Shown piece by piece: positions 38,361 to 46,742 of a stretch of DNA of 52,555 bases (position 1 is the stretch's first letter; each line of letters begins with the position of its first letter). This DNA comes from Candidatus Nanopelagicaceae bacterium (GTDB lineage: Bacteria; Actinomycetota; Actinomycetes; Nanopelagicales; Nanopelagicaceae): contig CAXNFK010000001.1 in the NCBI GenBank assembly GCA_964201775.1, forward strand, positions 1-52,555, read 5' to 3'. A program made the position numbers and the translations under genes. Under the pieces are notes generated by a model. The model had not been told where the DNA came from, made no database searches, and saw only the letters and a list, made by a program, of their open reading frames with translations.

Positions 38361-39712
38361 GTTCTGCTCCCTTGGATCAACGGCCAAGTCTTCTGTACTT
38401 GTGCTGCCACACCAAGCAGATCAGTAGATCTAATCTCCTTATTGGCAGCGATTGATCGAGCAACTGTTACTCCAGCAGCCTCGCCATAGCCGAAACATTG
38501 TGCTGTAACGCGCGATGCGGCCATTGCAGCAGAATCAGCACTTAGACAACGCCCTGCGACTATTACGCCTTCTCCCACTCGCGGGATAAGAGTTTCCAAG
38601 GGCACTTCATAATGGTCGTCCTTAATCCAAACTAGTTCTGGTTTCTCACCAACGTGGCGCTCAATCGGCCATGCTGACCTTGCAATTGCCGTATCCCACT
38701 TCTTGCAATTGACCACATCATCGGTAGTAAGAGTCTTGATTCCCGCTACTTGGCGAGATTGTCTCACTCCGACTTGTACGCCTGTATCTAGCAAGCTTGC
38801 ATTGGAACAACCGGGGATAGATGCTCGAATGAAATCAAAATAGGAAAGAACTTGGCGCCGACCTTGAATCTCTGCTGTCGAAAGATCAATTGCACTATTG
38901 ACATCCAACGCTTCTCCTTGATGGCCCTGGATGCGAGTTGCGTTAACCAAGAGTTGCCCTCGCCTCGGAGTAGGAAAGAGAAAGATCTTTGTCCTGGGTA
39001 AATCGGCTCCACCTTCGCGCGCTTTTGTAATCAGATTAGATATCTCGATTGGCATTATCGAATCTGCACCCATCTTCTCATATAGCGAATCGACATCTAC
39101 ATCTTGAAGACGAAACATCATCGTTGGGTTTTGTCGTTCATCGACTGGGACGACTTCGGTAGGCATCCCTGAAAGCGCAATAAGACTCGCGTCACCAGTA
39201 GCATCAATGAATCGACTGGCTCTTAAGACAGTTACGCCGCCGACATCTGAGGTAATGACGCCGGTGAGATTCATATCATCTGCAATCACACCGATCACCA
39301 TCGTGTGGTAGCGGATATTTACCTTCGCTTCAGTTAGAAGTTGGTCGGCCGCAATCCTCCACATCAAAGGGTCATGAACTCGAGTGAAGGTCTTGCCGTA
39401 CTTAATCGGATCTGTGACACCACCTAGCTCTTCAAGACGCTCAAGAAACTCTCGTGCAAATCCCCCAGTGATGATCTCCGGCGCTCTGCTCGAATCGCTG
39501 TGGGTTGCATAGAGACCACATATCGTGCCCGAGAGGCCCGCTACAGTCTGTCCTCCGCTAAATCCGTATTTCTCGACAACGGTGACACTTGCTCCTTCGC
39601 GCGCTGCAGTTACTGAAGCAGCGACTCCGGCAGGCCCTGAGCCGACTACAACCACATCACTGAAACTCTCTGAGTAACCACGTAGGTCATCCAGGGCAAC
39701 TAGAGTTTTCAT
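38357..39712 (-). CDS. FAD-dependent oxidoreductase (FAD_oxidored / PF12831-like)
   Basis: DVVVVGSGPAG, VEK...GG..V.G, IDATGDA, GVRQSR, VAGRCLS......SRV..C...GEAAG. ATG 39712. Confidence 0.82.
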   Translation of the reverse strand: MKTLVALDDLRGYSESFSDVVVVGSGPAGVAASVTAAREGASVTVVEKYGFSGGQTVAGLSGTICGLYATHSDSSRAPEIITGGFAREFLERLEELGGVTDPIKYGKTFTRVHDPLMWRIAADQLLTEAKVNIRYHTMVIGVIADDMNLTGVITSDVGGVTVLRASRFIDATGDASLIALSGMPTEVVPVDERQNPTMMFRLQDVDVDSLYEKMGADSIMPIEISNLITKAREGGADLPRTKIFLFPTPRRGQLLVNATRIQGHQGEALDVNSAIDLSTAEIQGRRQVLSYFDFIRASIPGCSNASLLDTGVQVGVRQSRQVAGIKTLTTDDVVNCKKWDTAIARSAWPIERHVGEKPELVWIKDDHYEVPLETLIPRVGEGVIVAGRCLSADSAAMAASRVTAQCFGYGEAAGVTVARSIAANKEIRSTDLLGVAAQVQKTWPLIQGSRT

Positions 39713-39783
39713 TAACACTTCCAAATCTATTGCAAAAGTTACTTTCAACAATACTCCATCAAAGTCAAAAGTTTATTTCATCG

Positions 39784-39798
39784 CTCCAGCATGCGGAA
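39784..39798. promoter_or_regulatory. Putative IclR operator upstream of the cassette operon
   Basis: Reverse complement TTCCGCATGCTGGAG, near-identical to the 21932 site. Confidence 0.6.
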
Positions 39799-39948
39799 TT
39801 ACTCATAGATAAGTTGAGCCTTAGGAAATAAGAAAAATCGCCAATGAGACTTTTTAGCTAAAGTTAATTTTTCCACTCACCATAAAAGTTAGGCAGGCTA
39901 TTCAATAAGACCCTAATGGAACTTACGCTCATTTTCATAAGAACTTAC

Positions 39949-40033
39949 TGGTGGCGGGTGAAGGATTTGAACCTTCGAAGGCAGAGCCGGGGGATTTACA
40001 GTCCCCTCCCATTGGCCGCTCGGGCAACCCGCC
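39949..40033 (-). tRNA. tRNA-Tyr (GTA)
   Basis: GGCGGGTTGCCCGAGCGGCCAATGGGA-GGGGA-CTGTAAA-TCCCC-CGGCTCTGCCTTC-GAAGG-TTCAAAT-CCTTC-ACCCGCC-ACCA: cloverleaf with long variable arm and encoded CCA, 85 nt. Confidence 0.97.
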
Positions 40034-40081
40034 AGGGTTATTTACGGCTTGCGTAGATTACCTTATTAAGTCGCGCACTTA

Positions 40082-41302
40082 CTAATTCCTAATTCGGGCT
40101 CCATTTTTGCGGACTTCAGCGATATTGGTTGCACCGATGAGTGCCATTCCATTTTCAAATTCTCTGCGCATAATTTCAATCACTTGCTCTACACCGGCTT
40201 CACCATTGGCCATGGCACCATATAGATAGGCACGACCGATGAATACAGCTTTTGCACCAAGTGCAATTGCACCAAGTGCATCAAGGCCCGACATGATTCC
40301 GCCATCGATATAAATCTCAACTTTATTTCCAACCGCTTTAACAACTTCAGGAAGTATTTCTAGTGGAACTGGACCACGATCAAATTGGCGACCTCCGTGA
40401 TTGGAGAGAATAATTCCTTGAACACCAAGTTTTGCTACGGCCTTTGCATCCTCCACGCTTTGAATTCCTTTGATAATTATTGGGCCTTTCCAAACAGAAC
40501 GCAGCCAAGTTATATCTTTCATGGTTGTGGCTGGATCAAAGATTAATCCTGCAAGTTGTGAAAGTGGTTTATCCCAACCTCTGAAGGCTGCAAATTCTAA
40601 TTTTCCGGTAGTGAATAAATTTAGCCACCAGATAGGTTTGCGAGCAATTGCGAAAACTGTATTAATTCTGATTTTAGGTGGAACTGTCAAACCATTTCGA
40701 TTGTCTCTATAGCGAAGACCTACGACCGGAGTATCAACCGTTAAAACTAGCGCTTCGAATCCATTATCTTTTGCCTGTTTAATTACCGCCAAGCTATCAC
40801 TGCGATTTTTCATAATATAAAGCTGGAACCAACGTCTGGAATTTGGAACGGCTGCTGCAAGTTCTTCTGGTGAAGTTGTTCCCATGGTTGATAAGGCATA
40901 AATCAAATTCTTATTGCTGGCCACATTTGCGACAGCTGGTTCACCGACGTGATGCATCAAGCGGGTGTATCCAGTTGGGGCAAAGCAGATTGGGATATCT
41001 ACAACTTTGCCTAAAATCTTTTCACTGGTGTCAATCTTGGAAACATCACGTAAGACTCGTGAATTGATTTCGATTCTGGAATATGCCGCACGACTTCTGG
41101 AATATGCGATCTCATCGATAGCGCCACCTTCGACATAATCAAAGACAACTTTAGGGGTGCGCTTTCTTGCAATATTGGCCAAGTCGTCGACGCTTTGTGC
41201 TTGAAGTAATTGCCCTTTATATGGGTTTAGCGAAGGGATGGACCAATCAATCAGCGACCAAAAATATGGGAGGCTCGGGAATTTACGAGTGCTCCGAATC
41301 AT
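40082..41302 (-). CDS. lldD: FMN-dependent alpha-hydroxy acid dehydrogenase (L-lactate dehydrogenase)
   Basis: FDYVEGGA, APTG, WFQLY, LTVD, IIKGI, SNHGGRQ, DGG, GRAYLYG. Confidence 0.85.
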   Translation of the reverse strand: MIRSTRKFPSLPYFWSLIDWSIPSLNPYKGQLLQAQSVDDLANIARKRTPKVVFDYVEGGAIDEIAYSRSRAAYSRIEINSRVLRDVSKIDTSEKILGKVVDIPICFAPTGYTRLMHHVGEPAVANVASNKNLIYALSTMGTTSPEELAAAVPNSRRWFQLYIMKNRSDSLAVIKQAKDNGFEALVLTVDTPVVGLRYRDNRNGLTVPPKIRINTVFAIARKPIWWLNLFTTGKLEFAAFRGWDKPLSQLAGLIFDPATTMKDITWLRSVWKGPIIIKGIQSVEDAKAVAKLGVQGIILSNHGGRQFDRGPVPLEILPEVVKAVGNKVEIYIDGGIMSGLDALGAIALGAKAVFIGRAYLYGAMANGEAGVEQVIEIMRREFENGMALIGATNIAEVRKNGARIRN

Positions 41303-41382
41303 GAGCACAATTTACCCTACAATTGCGCTCAGTAGAATATGTAAATTCTAGAAATTCGCTCATTGATAAAGGAGTCTTTAAA

Positions 41383-41871
41383 TTGGCTGATTCAAGTTTC
41401 GATATCGTCTCTGAAGTTGATCATATGGAAGTTGATAATGCTTTCAATCAAGCCGATCGCGAAATTGCAACACGCTTTGACTTCAAAAATACAGATAGCA
41501 AGATTGAAAAGTCTGGCGAGAAGTTTCTAATTGAAGGACAGTCCGAAGAGAAGGCTAAGGCCGTTCTAGAAGTATTCAAGGACAAGTTAATTAAGCGCCA
41601 GGTTTCGTTGAAGCATTTAGAGTCAACTGATCCAGAGTTAAGTGGAAAGATTTACAAGATTAGCTGCACCTTGAAAGAAGGAATCTCTACTGAAAATGCC
41701 AAGAAGTTGGCAAAGATTATTCGCGACGAAGGTCCAAAATCTGTGAAGACCCAGATTCAAGGAGAGACGCTTCGAGTCACCAGTAAGTCTCGTGATGATT
41801 TGCAGGACACAATGGCGCTAGTAAAAGGGCAGAAGTTAGATTTTGCAGTTCAATTTACGAATTATCGTTAA
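41383..41871 (+). CDS. yajQ: YajQ-family nucleotide-binding protein
   Basis: ADSSFDIVSEVD, RFDFK, QIQG..LRV.SKSRDDLQ, QFTNYR; TTG start at 41383 after AAGGAG. Confidence 0.95.
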   Translation: MADSSFDIVSEVDHMEVDNAFNQADREIATRFDFKNTDSKIEKSGEKFLIEGQSEEKAKAVLEVFKDKLIKRQVSLKHLESTDPELSGKIYKISCTLKEGISTENAKKLAKIIRDEGPKSVKTQIQGETLRVTSKSRDDLQDTMALVKGQKLDFAVQFTNYR

Positions 41872-41874
41872 TAG

Positions 41875-42774
41875 ATGAGTAAAACTCGTCTCGGTTTTAT
41901 CTACGGCTTTAGTTCTTACACCCTTTGGGGTTTATTTCCGCTTTATTGGCCACTGTTAAAACCAGCAACACCATTGGAAATGGTTTCACACCGCGCAGTT
42001 TGGTCCCTAGTTATTTGTGTAATCGCACTTGCTATTGGACACCAACTTAAATCTACTTTTGCTTTAATGCTATCCCCCGGAATCTTCTGGAAATTTACCT
42101 TGGCGGCTGGCTTTATTTCAGTAAATTGGCTTACATATATCTGGGCTGTGAATAACGAACAGATAGTTGAAGCATCCCTCGGCTATTACATGCAACCAAT
42201 TCTTCTAGTTCTCCTGGGAATTCTGGCTTTCAAAGAAGAGTTGCGAAAGATCCAATGGATTGCATTTATCGTTGCAACAGTTGGTGTAATTATTTTAACT
42301 ATTGATTATGGACGTCCACCTTGGATCTCATTTGCGCTTGCTTTCTCTTGGAGCTCTTATAGTTTTGTGAAGAAGAAGATTAATCTAGGTGCACTTCAAG
42401 GACTTGCGATTGAGACTTTCATTTCTTCATTCTTTTATGCCGGATATTTACTTTGGATTGGTCAGAAAGGCGAAGGCCAATTTGGTAACGGTTTTGGCCT
42501 AACAGCGCTTCTGATCGGCGCTGGCGCAGTTACCGCTATTCCATTGCTGCTATTTAATGGTGCAACCACCAGAATTCCATTTACGATGATTGGATTGTTG
42601 CAATACTTAACTCCAACGATCCAATTTATGCTTGCAGTTTTCTTGCGTCATGAGCCTATGCCAAATGCAAGATGGATTGGGTTTGTGTTTATTTGGATTG
42701 CGTTGATAGCACTTGGTTACGACTTAATTAAATCAGGAAGTACGCGAGATAACCGCTTGGCTCAGCCCGACTAA
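41875..42774 (+). CDS. rarD: EamA-family transporter RarD
   Basis: WGLFPLYW, HR.VWS, NW..YIWAVN....EASLGYY..P, GLLQYLTPTIQF. Confidence 0.92.
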   Translation: MSKTRLGFIYGFSSYTLWGLFPLYWPLLKPATPLEMVSHRAVWSLVICVIALAIGHQLKSTFALMLSPGIFWKFTLAAGFISVNWLTYIWAVNNEQIVEASLGYYMQPILLVLLGILAFKEELRKIQWIAFIVATVGVIILTIDYGRPPWISFALAFSWSSYSFVKKKINLGALQGLAIETFISSFFYAGYLLWIGQKGEGQFGNGFGLTALLIGAGAVTAIPLLLFNGATTRIPFTMIGLLQYLTPTIQFMLAVFLRHEPMPNARWIGFVFIWIALIALGYDLIKSGSTRDNRLAQPD

Positions 42775-43722
42775 AGCTGCTTTTGCTGGACTCTCTGGAA
42801 GTATTTCTAAATGTTTCTGGGCTGACTTACCGTAGCCAGCAACTAATTCACGTGATTTAGTTAATGCGCTGTGGCTTCGTAGTTTCAAAATAGTTTGTGC
42901 AACAACCGCTTCATCAGTTATCGGAGCAGACAATATTTTCTTCAGCTCGGCATCTGCTGGGTCGCTTGATTCAAGAATAAAGAGCGTCACAAGAGTCGGA
43001 ACTCCCTCGCGAAGATCTGTTCCTGGTGTCTTTCCAGACTCCTTTGAATCGCTTGCAATGTCGATGATGTCATCTGCAAGTTGAAATACAGTTCCTATTT
43101 CTTCGCCAAATTTCGTAAGTGCATCCATAATCTTTACATCTGCCCCAGAAATCATGGCACCATATCTGGCACTTGCTGATATGAGTGATGCTGTCTTATC
43201 TGCAACCACATTTAAATAATGTTCTAACTGCGTTTTACCTTCACTTGAACCTTGAGTCTCGGTTATCTGGCCAATTACTAATCTTTCAAAGGTGAATGCT
43301 TGTAACCGAACTGCTTCTGGTCCTAGATCTGCCAATAGTTGAGAGGTCTTAGCAAATAAATAATCTCCGGTAAGGATTGCAACGGTGTTGTTCCAGCGAT
43401 TATTTGCACTTTCAACACCTCTGCGAAGTGGCGCTTCATCCATAACATCATCATGATAAAGAGTTCCTAGATGTGTTAACTCGCATACAACTGCGGCTTC
43501 AACAATTCCCTTGGCCTTAGGATTGCCAAATTGCGATGCAATAAGAGTCAAGAGTGGGCGCAGGCGCTTACCTCCGGCATCAACTAAGTGTCTAGAAGTT
43601 TCGATAACTAATGGATATTTACCTTCGATGGAATCGCGCAATAGCACTTCGACTTGAGCCATAGAGGCTAGAAGTTCTTGTTCAAGTGCGGGATCAATAT
43701 CCGGAATTCCGATTTTAGTCAT
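42733..43722 (-). CDS. Long-chain polyprenyl diphosphate synthase
   Basis: GGKRLRP, FARM HDDVMD..RRG, GDYL, KTA, SARM FQLADDIID, GK..GTDLREG; located downstream of nuoN as in other Actinobacteria. Confidence 0.92.
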   Translation of the reverse strand: MTKIGIPDIDPALEQELLASMAQVEVLLRDSIEGKYPLVIETSRHLVDAGGKRLRPLLTLIASQFGNPKAKGIVEAAVVCELTHLGTLYHDDVMDEAPLRRGVESANNRWNNTVAILTGDYLFAKTSQLLADLGPEAVRLQAFTFERLVIGQITETQGSSEGKTQLEHYLNVVADKTASLISASARYGAMISGADVKIMDALTKFGEEIGTVFQLADDIIDIASDSKESGKTPGTDLREGVPTLVTLFILESSDPADAELKKILSAPITDEAVVAQTILKLRSHSALTKSRELVAGYGKSAQKHLEILPESPAKAALVGLSQAVISRTS

Positions 43723-45236
43723 TAGCGTAAGAAGTAAGCGAAGTCTTGCGCGATATCAAAAAGAAGTGATGGGGCTATTCCCAAAATAATTGTTATTAGG
43801 GCACATATTGAAATTGAAATTCTTGTGAGAATAGATGGGATTACAACCGAAATAGAATCATTGGTTGAATCTGCAAAGAAAAGCATCAAGATGACTCGTA
43901 AGTAGAAGAAGACTGCGATTGCACTTGAAAGCACACCAGCAACAACTAAATAGATATTTCCGGATTCATATGCCGCTGAAAAGATTGAGAATTTACCAAC
44001 AAAGCCGCTTGTTAATGGAATACCGGCAAAGCTGAGTAGGAATAATGAAAATACTGCTGCGACTAATGGAGATTTCTTTCCAAGGCCGACCCAACGATTA
44101 ACATCACTAACTTCACCAGCAGAATCTCGAACAAGGGTAATAACTCCAAAGGCGCCTATTGTGGCAACACCATATGCAACGAGATAAAAGAGCGTTGCAC
44201 TAAGTGCGTTCTGATTTAGCGAAACAACCGCGGTAAGAATAAATCCGGCATGAGCAATTGAAGAGAAGGCCAACATGCGCTTCATGTCTCGTTGCGAGAT
44301 TGCCGCAATTGATCCAACAATCATCGTAAGTACTGCTATCACTGCGATAATTGGTTTCCAACTTGTTTGTGCGGAATCTAATCCGAGATAAAAAATACGC
44401 AGTGTTGCTCCGAATGCCGCAGCCTTTGTTGCCGCCGCCATAAAACCAGTTATTGGGGTTGGTGCACCCTGATAAACATCAGGTGTCCAAGAGTGGAATG
44501 GAACCGCGCCAACTTTAAACAATAAACCGACTGAAAGAAAAGCGATTCCAAGAAGTAGGAAAACATCATTTCCACCGGAACCACGGATTGCATCTGTTAA
44601 ACCATTGAGTGAGAGCGTTCCGGAATAACCATAGAGAAGAGCGGCGCCAAATAGAAAGAATGCTGATGAATATGCACCGAGTAAGAAGTATTTAAGTGCT
44701 GCTTCTTGCGAAAGTAATCTGCGGCGGCGAGAAAGTCCGGCCATTAGATATAACGGGAGCGACAATACTTCTAGCGCTACGAAGAGAGTTATGAAATCTG
44801 TTGCGACTGGAAAGAGCATCATTCCGGCAACCGCAAAGAGGGTTAGAGGAAAGACTTCGGTCTGTTGTTTTCCGGCTTGAATAGCAGCTGCTTCTTCTGG
44901 CGAACCAGGAAGGGCGGATGCTTGTGCGGCAAAGTTATCGTGATCTGCAATGATTAAAATTCCTAGAAATGCAAAGATTAATATCGCGCCTTGTAAAAAG
45001 ATTCCAGTACCGTCAATCGATACAGATGTAACTGCAGCAATAGATGAGCCTTGATTTCTGACACGGAAGAGTTGCTCGAATGAAATAACAATTGCACCAA
45101 GTGCCACTACTAATTGAAGGCGAGCCCGCCAAGCTTGCTTAGCGAAGGCTTCTATAAGAACACCGATTAAGGCAGCACCGAGAATAATCAACATTGGTGC
45201 CAAGAGTGCGTAATCTAATTTAGGCGCAGTTAACAT
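43722..45236 (-). CDS. nuoN: NADH-quinone oxidoreductase subunit N
   Basis: EAALKYFLLG, FKVGAVPFHSWTPDVYQGAP, KRMLAFSSIAHAG. Confidence 0.96.
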   Translation of the reverse strand: MLTAPKLDYALLAPMLIILGAALIGVLIEAFAKQAWRARLQLVVALGAIVISFEQLFRVRNQGSSIAAVTSVSIDGTGIFLQGAILIFAFLGILIIADHDNFAAQASALPGSPEEAAAIQAGKQQTEVFPLTLFAVAGMMLFPVATDFITLFVALEVLSLPLYLMAGLSRRRRLLSQEAALKYFLLGAYSSAFFLFGAALLYGYSGTLSLNGLTDAIRGSGGNDVFLLLGIAFLSVGLLFKVGAVPFHSWTPDVYQGAPTPITGFMAAATKAAAFGATLRIFYLGLDSAQTSWKPIIAVIAVLTMIVGSIAAISQRDMKRMLAFSSIAHAGFILTAVVSLNQNALSATLFYLVAYGVATIGAFGVITLVRDSAGEVSDVNRWVGLGKKSPLVAAVFSLFLLSFAGIPLTSGFVGKFSIFSAAYESGNIYLVVAGVLSSAIAVFFYLRVILMLFFADSTNDSISVVIPSILTRISISICALITIILGIAPSLLFDIAQDFAYFLR

Positions 45237-46742
45237 TTACTTCGCCACCTTTGCTACTGGATCGCTTACTCCGGCATTTATCATTACAGTCTTTGTAGTT
45301 GGATTAATAACTTCTAGCGCTGGTTTTGGATAGAACCCAAGTAGAACTAGAACTGCAATCACTGGCGCGATAGCAATCTTCTCTCGAAGATTTAGATCTG
45401 AAATTCCTGCGCTTGTCGCCGGAGTTTCACCATGTAGAGCGCGTTGAACAGCGAGCAGAACATAAAGTGCGGCAAGAATAATTCCAAGCGTTCCAAGAAT
45501 TGCAGCAACTGGATACTTCGCATAAGAACCAACTAGAACTAAGAATTCACTAACGAAACTTGAAAGCCCTGGAAGTGCAAGTGCGGACATGCCCGCTAAG
45601 AAGAAAGACCAAGCTAGAACTGGGGCAACTCGTTGTAAGCCACCGAAGTCTGCAATTTGAGTAGAACCACGACGCTTTATCATCCAACCTGCAGTTAGGA
45701 AGAGCGCTGCAGTTGAGAATCCATGATTAACCATATAGAAAATAGCGCCGGTTAAACTCTGTGATGTAAGCGCAAAAATTCCGAGTGTTATAAATCCAAA
45801 GTGCGAAATAGATGTAAAGGCAATCAGAGAATTAATATCTTTCTGACCAATTGCTAAGAACGCCCCGTAAAGAATTGATATAACTGCCAGCGTGATAATG
45901 GCTGGTGTCATTGTCTTGGTTGCATCTGGGAAGAAACTCATGCAGAAACGGATCATCCCGTAAGTTCCAACTTTATCTAGAACACCAAGAAGCAACGTTG
46001 ACGTTCCAGCAGTTGCCGATTTAGCGGCAGTTGGCAGCCAAGTATGGAATGGCCAGAGTGGAGCTTTAATTGCAAAGGCAATAAAGAAGCCAAGGAATAA
46101 CCAGTTCTGAGTAGCAGAATCAATTGTTAACTCTGAAAGTCTTGCGATATCGAAAGTTGCGCCACCTTGATTGGTAGAAATTATGTAAAGACCAATTACT
46201 GCAGCCAACATAAGCAACCCACCGAAGAGGCTGTAAAGCAAGAACTTCATTGCTGCTGCTGCGCGATCACCGGAACCATAGCCACCGATAAGGAAGTAAA
46301 CCGGTAGCAGCATCGCTTCGAAAATGACGTAGAAGAGGAATACATCTGTGGCAGCGAATACGCCGATCATCATGGTTTCTAGAATCAATAACAGGATGTA
46401 GAAAACCTTTACATTCCAGCGACCATTTTCGGATTCGTTCCAACCTGCAAGAAAGACGATTGGAACCAAAATTGTTGTCATCAAAATAAGCACAAGTGCC
46501 ATGCCATCAATACCAACTGCATAATTAATATTAAATGCAGAGATCCAAGTGCGGACTTCAGTGAATTGCAGGGCGCTATTGCCGCTATCAAAACTAATTG
46601 CCATCACGATTGAAACGAGAGTCACTAATAAGGAGAAGCCGAGAGCTACTTGCTTAACCAGCTTGGCATTGCTTGCTGGCAAAATTCCAACAACTAGAGC
46701 TCCGATTAATGGAAGCAGTTGTAGCGATGTCAAGATACTCAT
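45237..46742 (-). CDS. nuoM: NADH-quinone oxidoreductase subunit M
   Basis: [41 protein letters not shown] 46742 overlaps the nuoL stop. Confidence 0.96.
   Translation of the reverse strand: MSILTSLQLLPLIGALVVGILPASNAKLVKQVALGFSLLVTLVSIVMAISFDSGNSALQFTEVRTWISAFNINYAVGIDGMALVLILMTTILVPIVFLAGWNESENGRWNVKVFYILLLILETMMIGVFAATDVFLFYVIFEAMLLPVYFLIGGYGSGDRAAAAMKFLLYSLFGGLLMLAAVIGLYIISTNQGGATFDIARLSELTIDSATQNWLFLGFFIAFAIKAPLWPFHTWLPTAAKSATAGTSTLLLGVLDKVGTYGMIRFCMSFFPDATKTMTPAIITLAVISILYGAFLAIGQKDINSLIAFTSISHFGFITLGIFALTSQSLTGAIFYMVNHGFSTAALFLTAGWMIKRRGSTQIADFGGLQRVAPVLAWSFFLAGMSALALPGLSSFVSEFLVLVGSYAKYPVAAILGTLGIILAALYVLLAVQRALHGETPATSAGISDLNLREKIAIAPVIAVLVLLGFYPKPALEVINPTTKTVMINAGVSDPVAKVAK

Larger units (their letters stand above)
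36546..39948. mobile_element. tRNA-Tyr-integrated 3.4-kb cassette without integrase
   Basis: Bounded by direct repeats of the tRNA-Tyr 3' end; carries a two-gene operon; looks more GC-rich than the adjacent lldD (spot counts only). Confidence 0.7.

Noticed and set aside
39919-39948. GAACTTAC repeated twice next to the tRNA 3' end (possible integrase arm sites)
   Set aside because: Too short, not seen beside the other repeat at 36546, and no integrase in the window.
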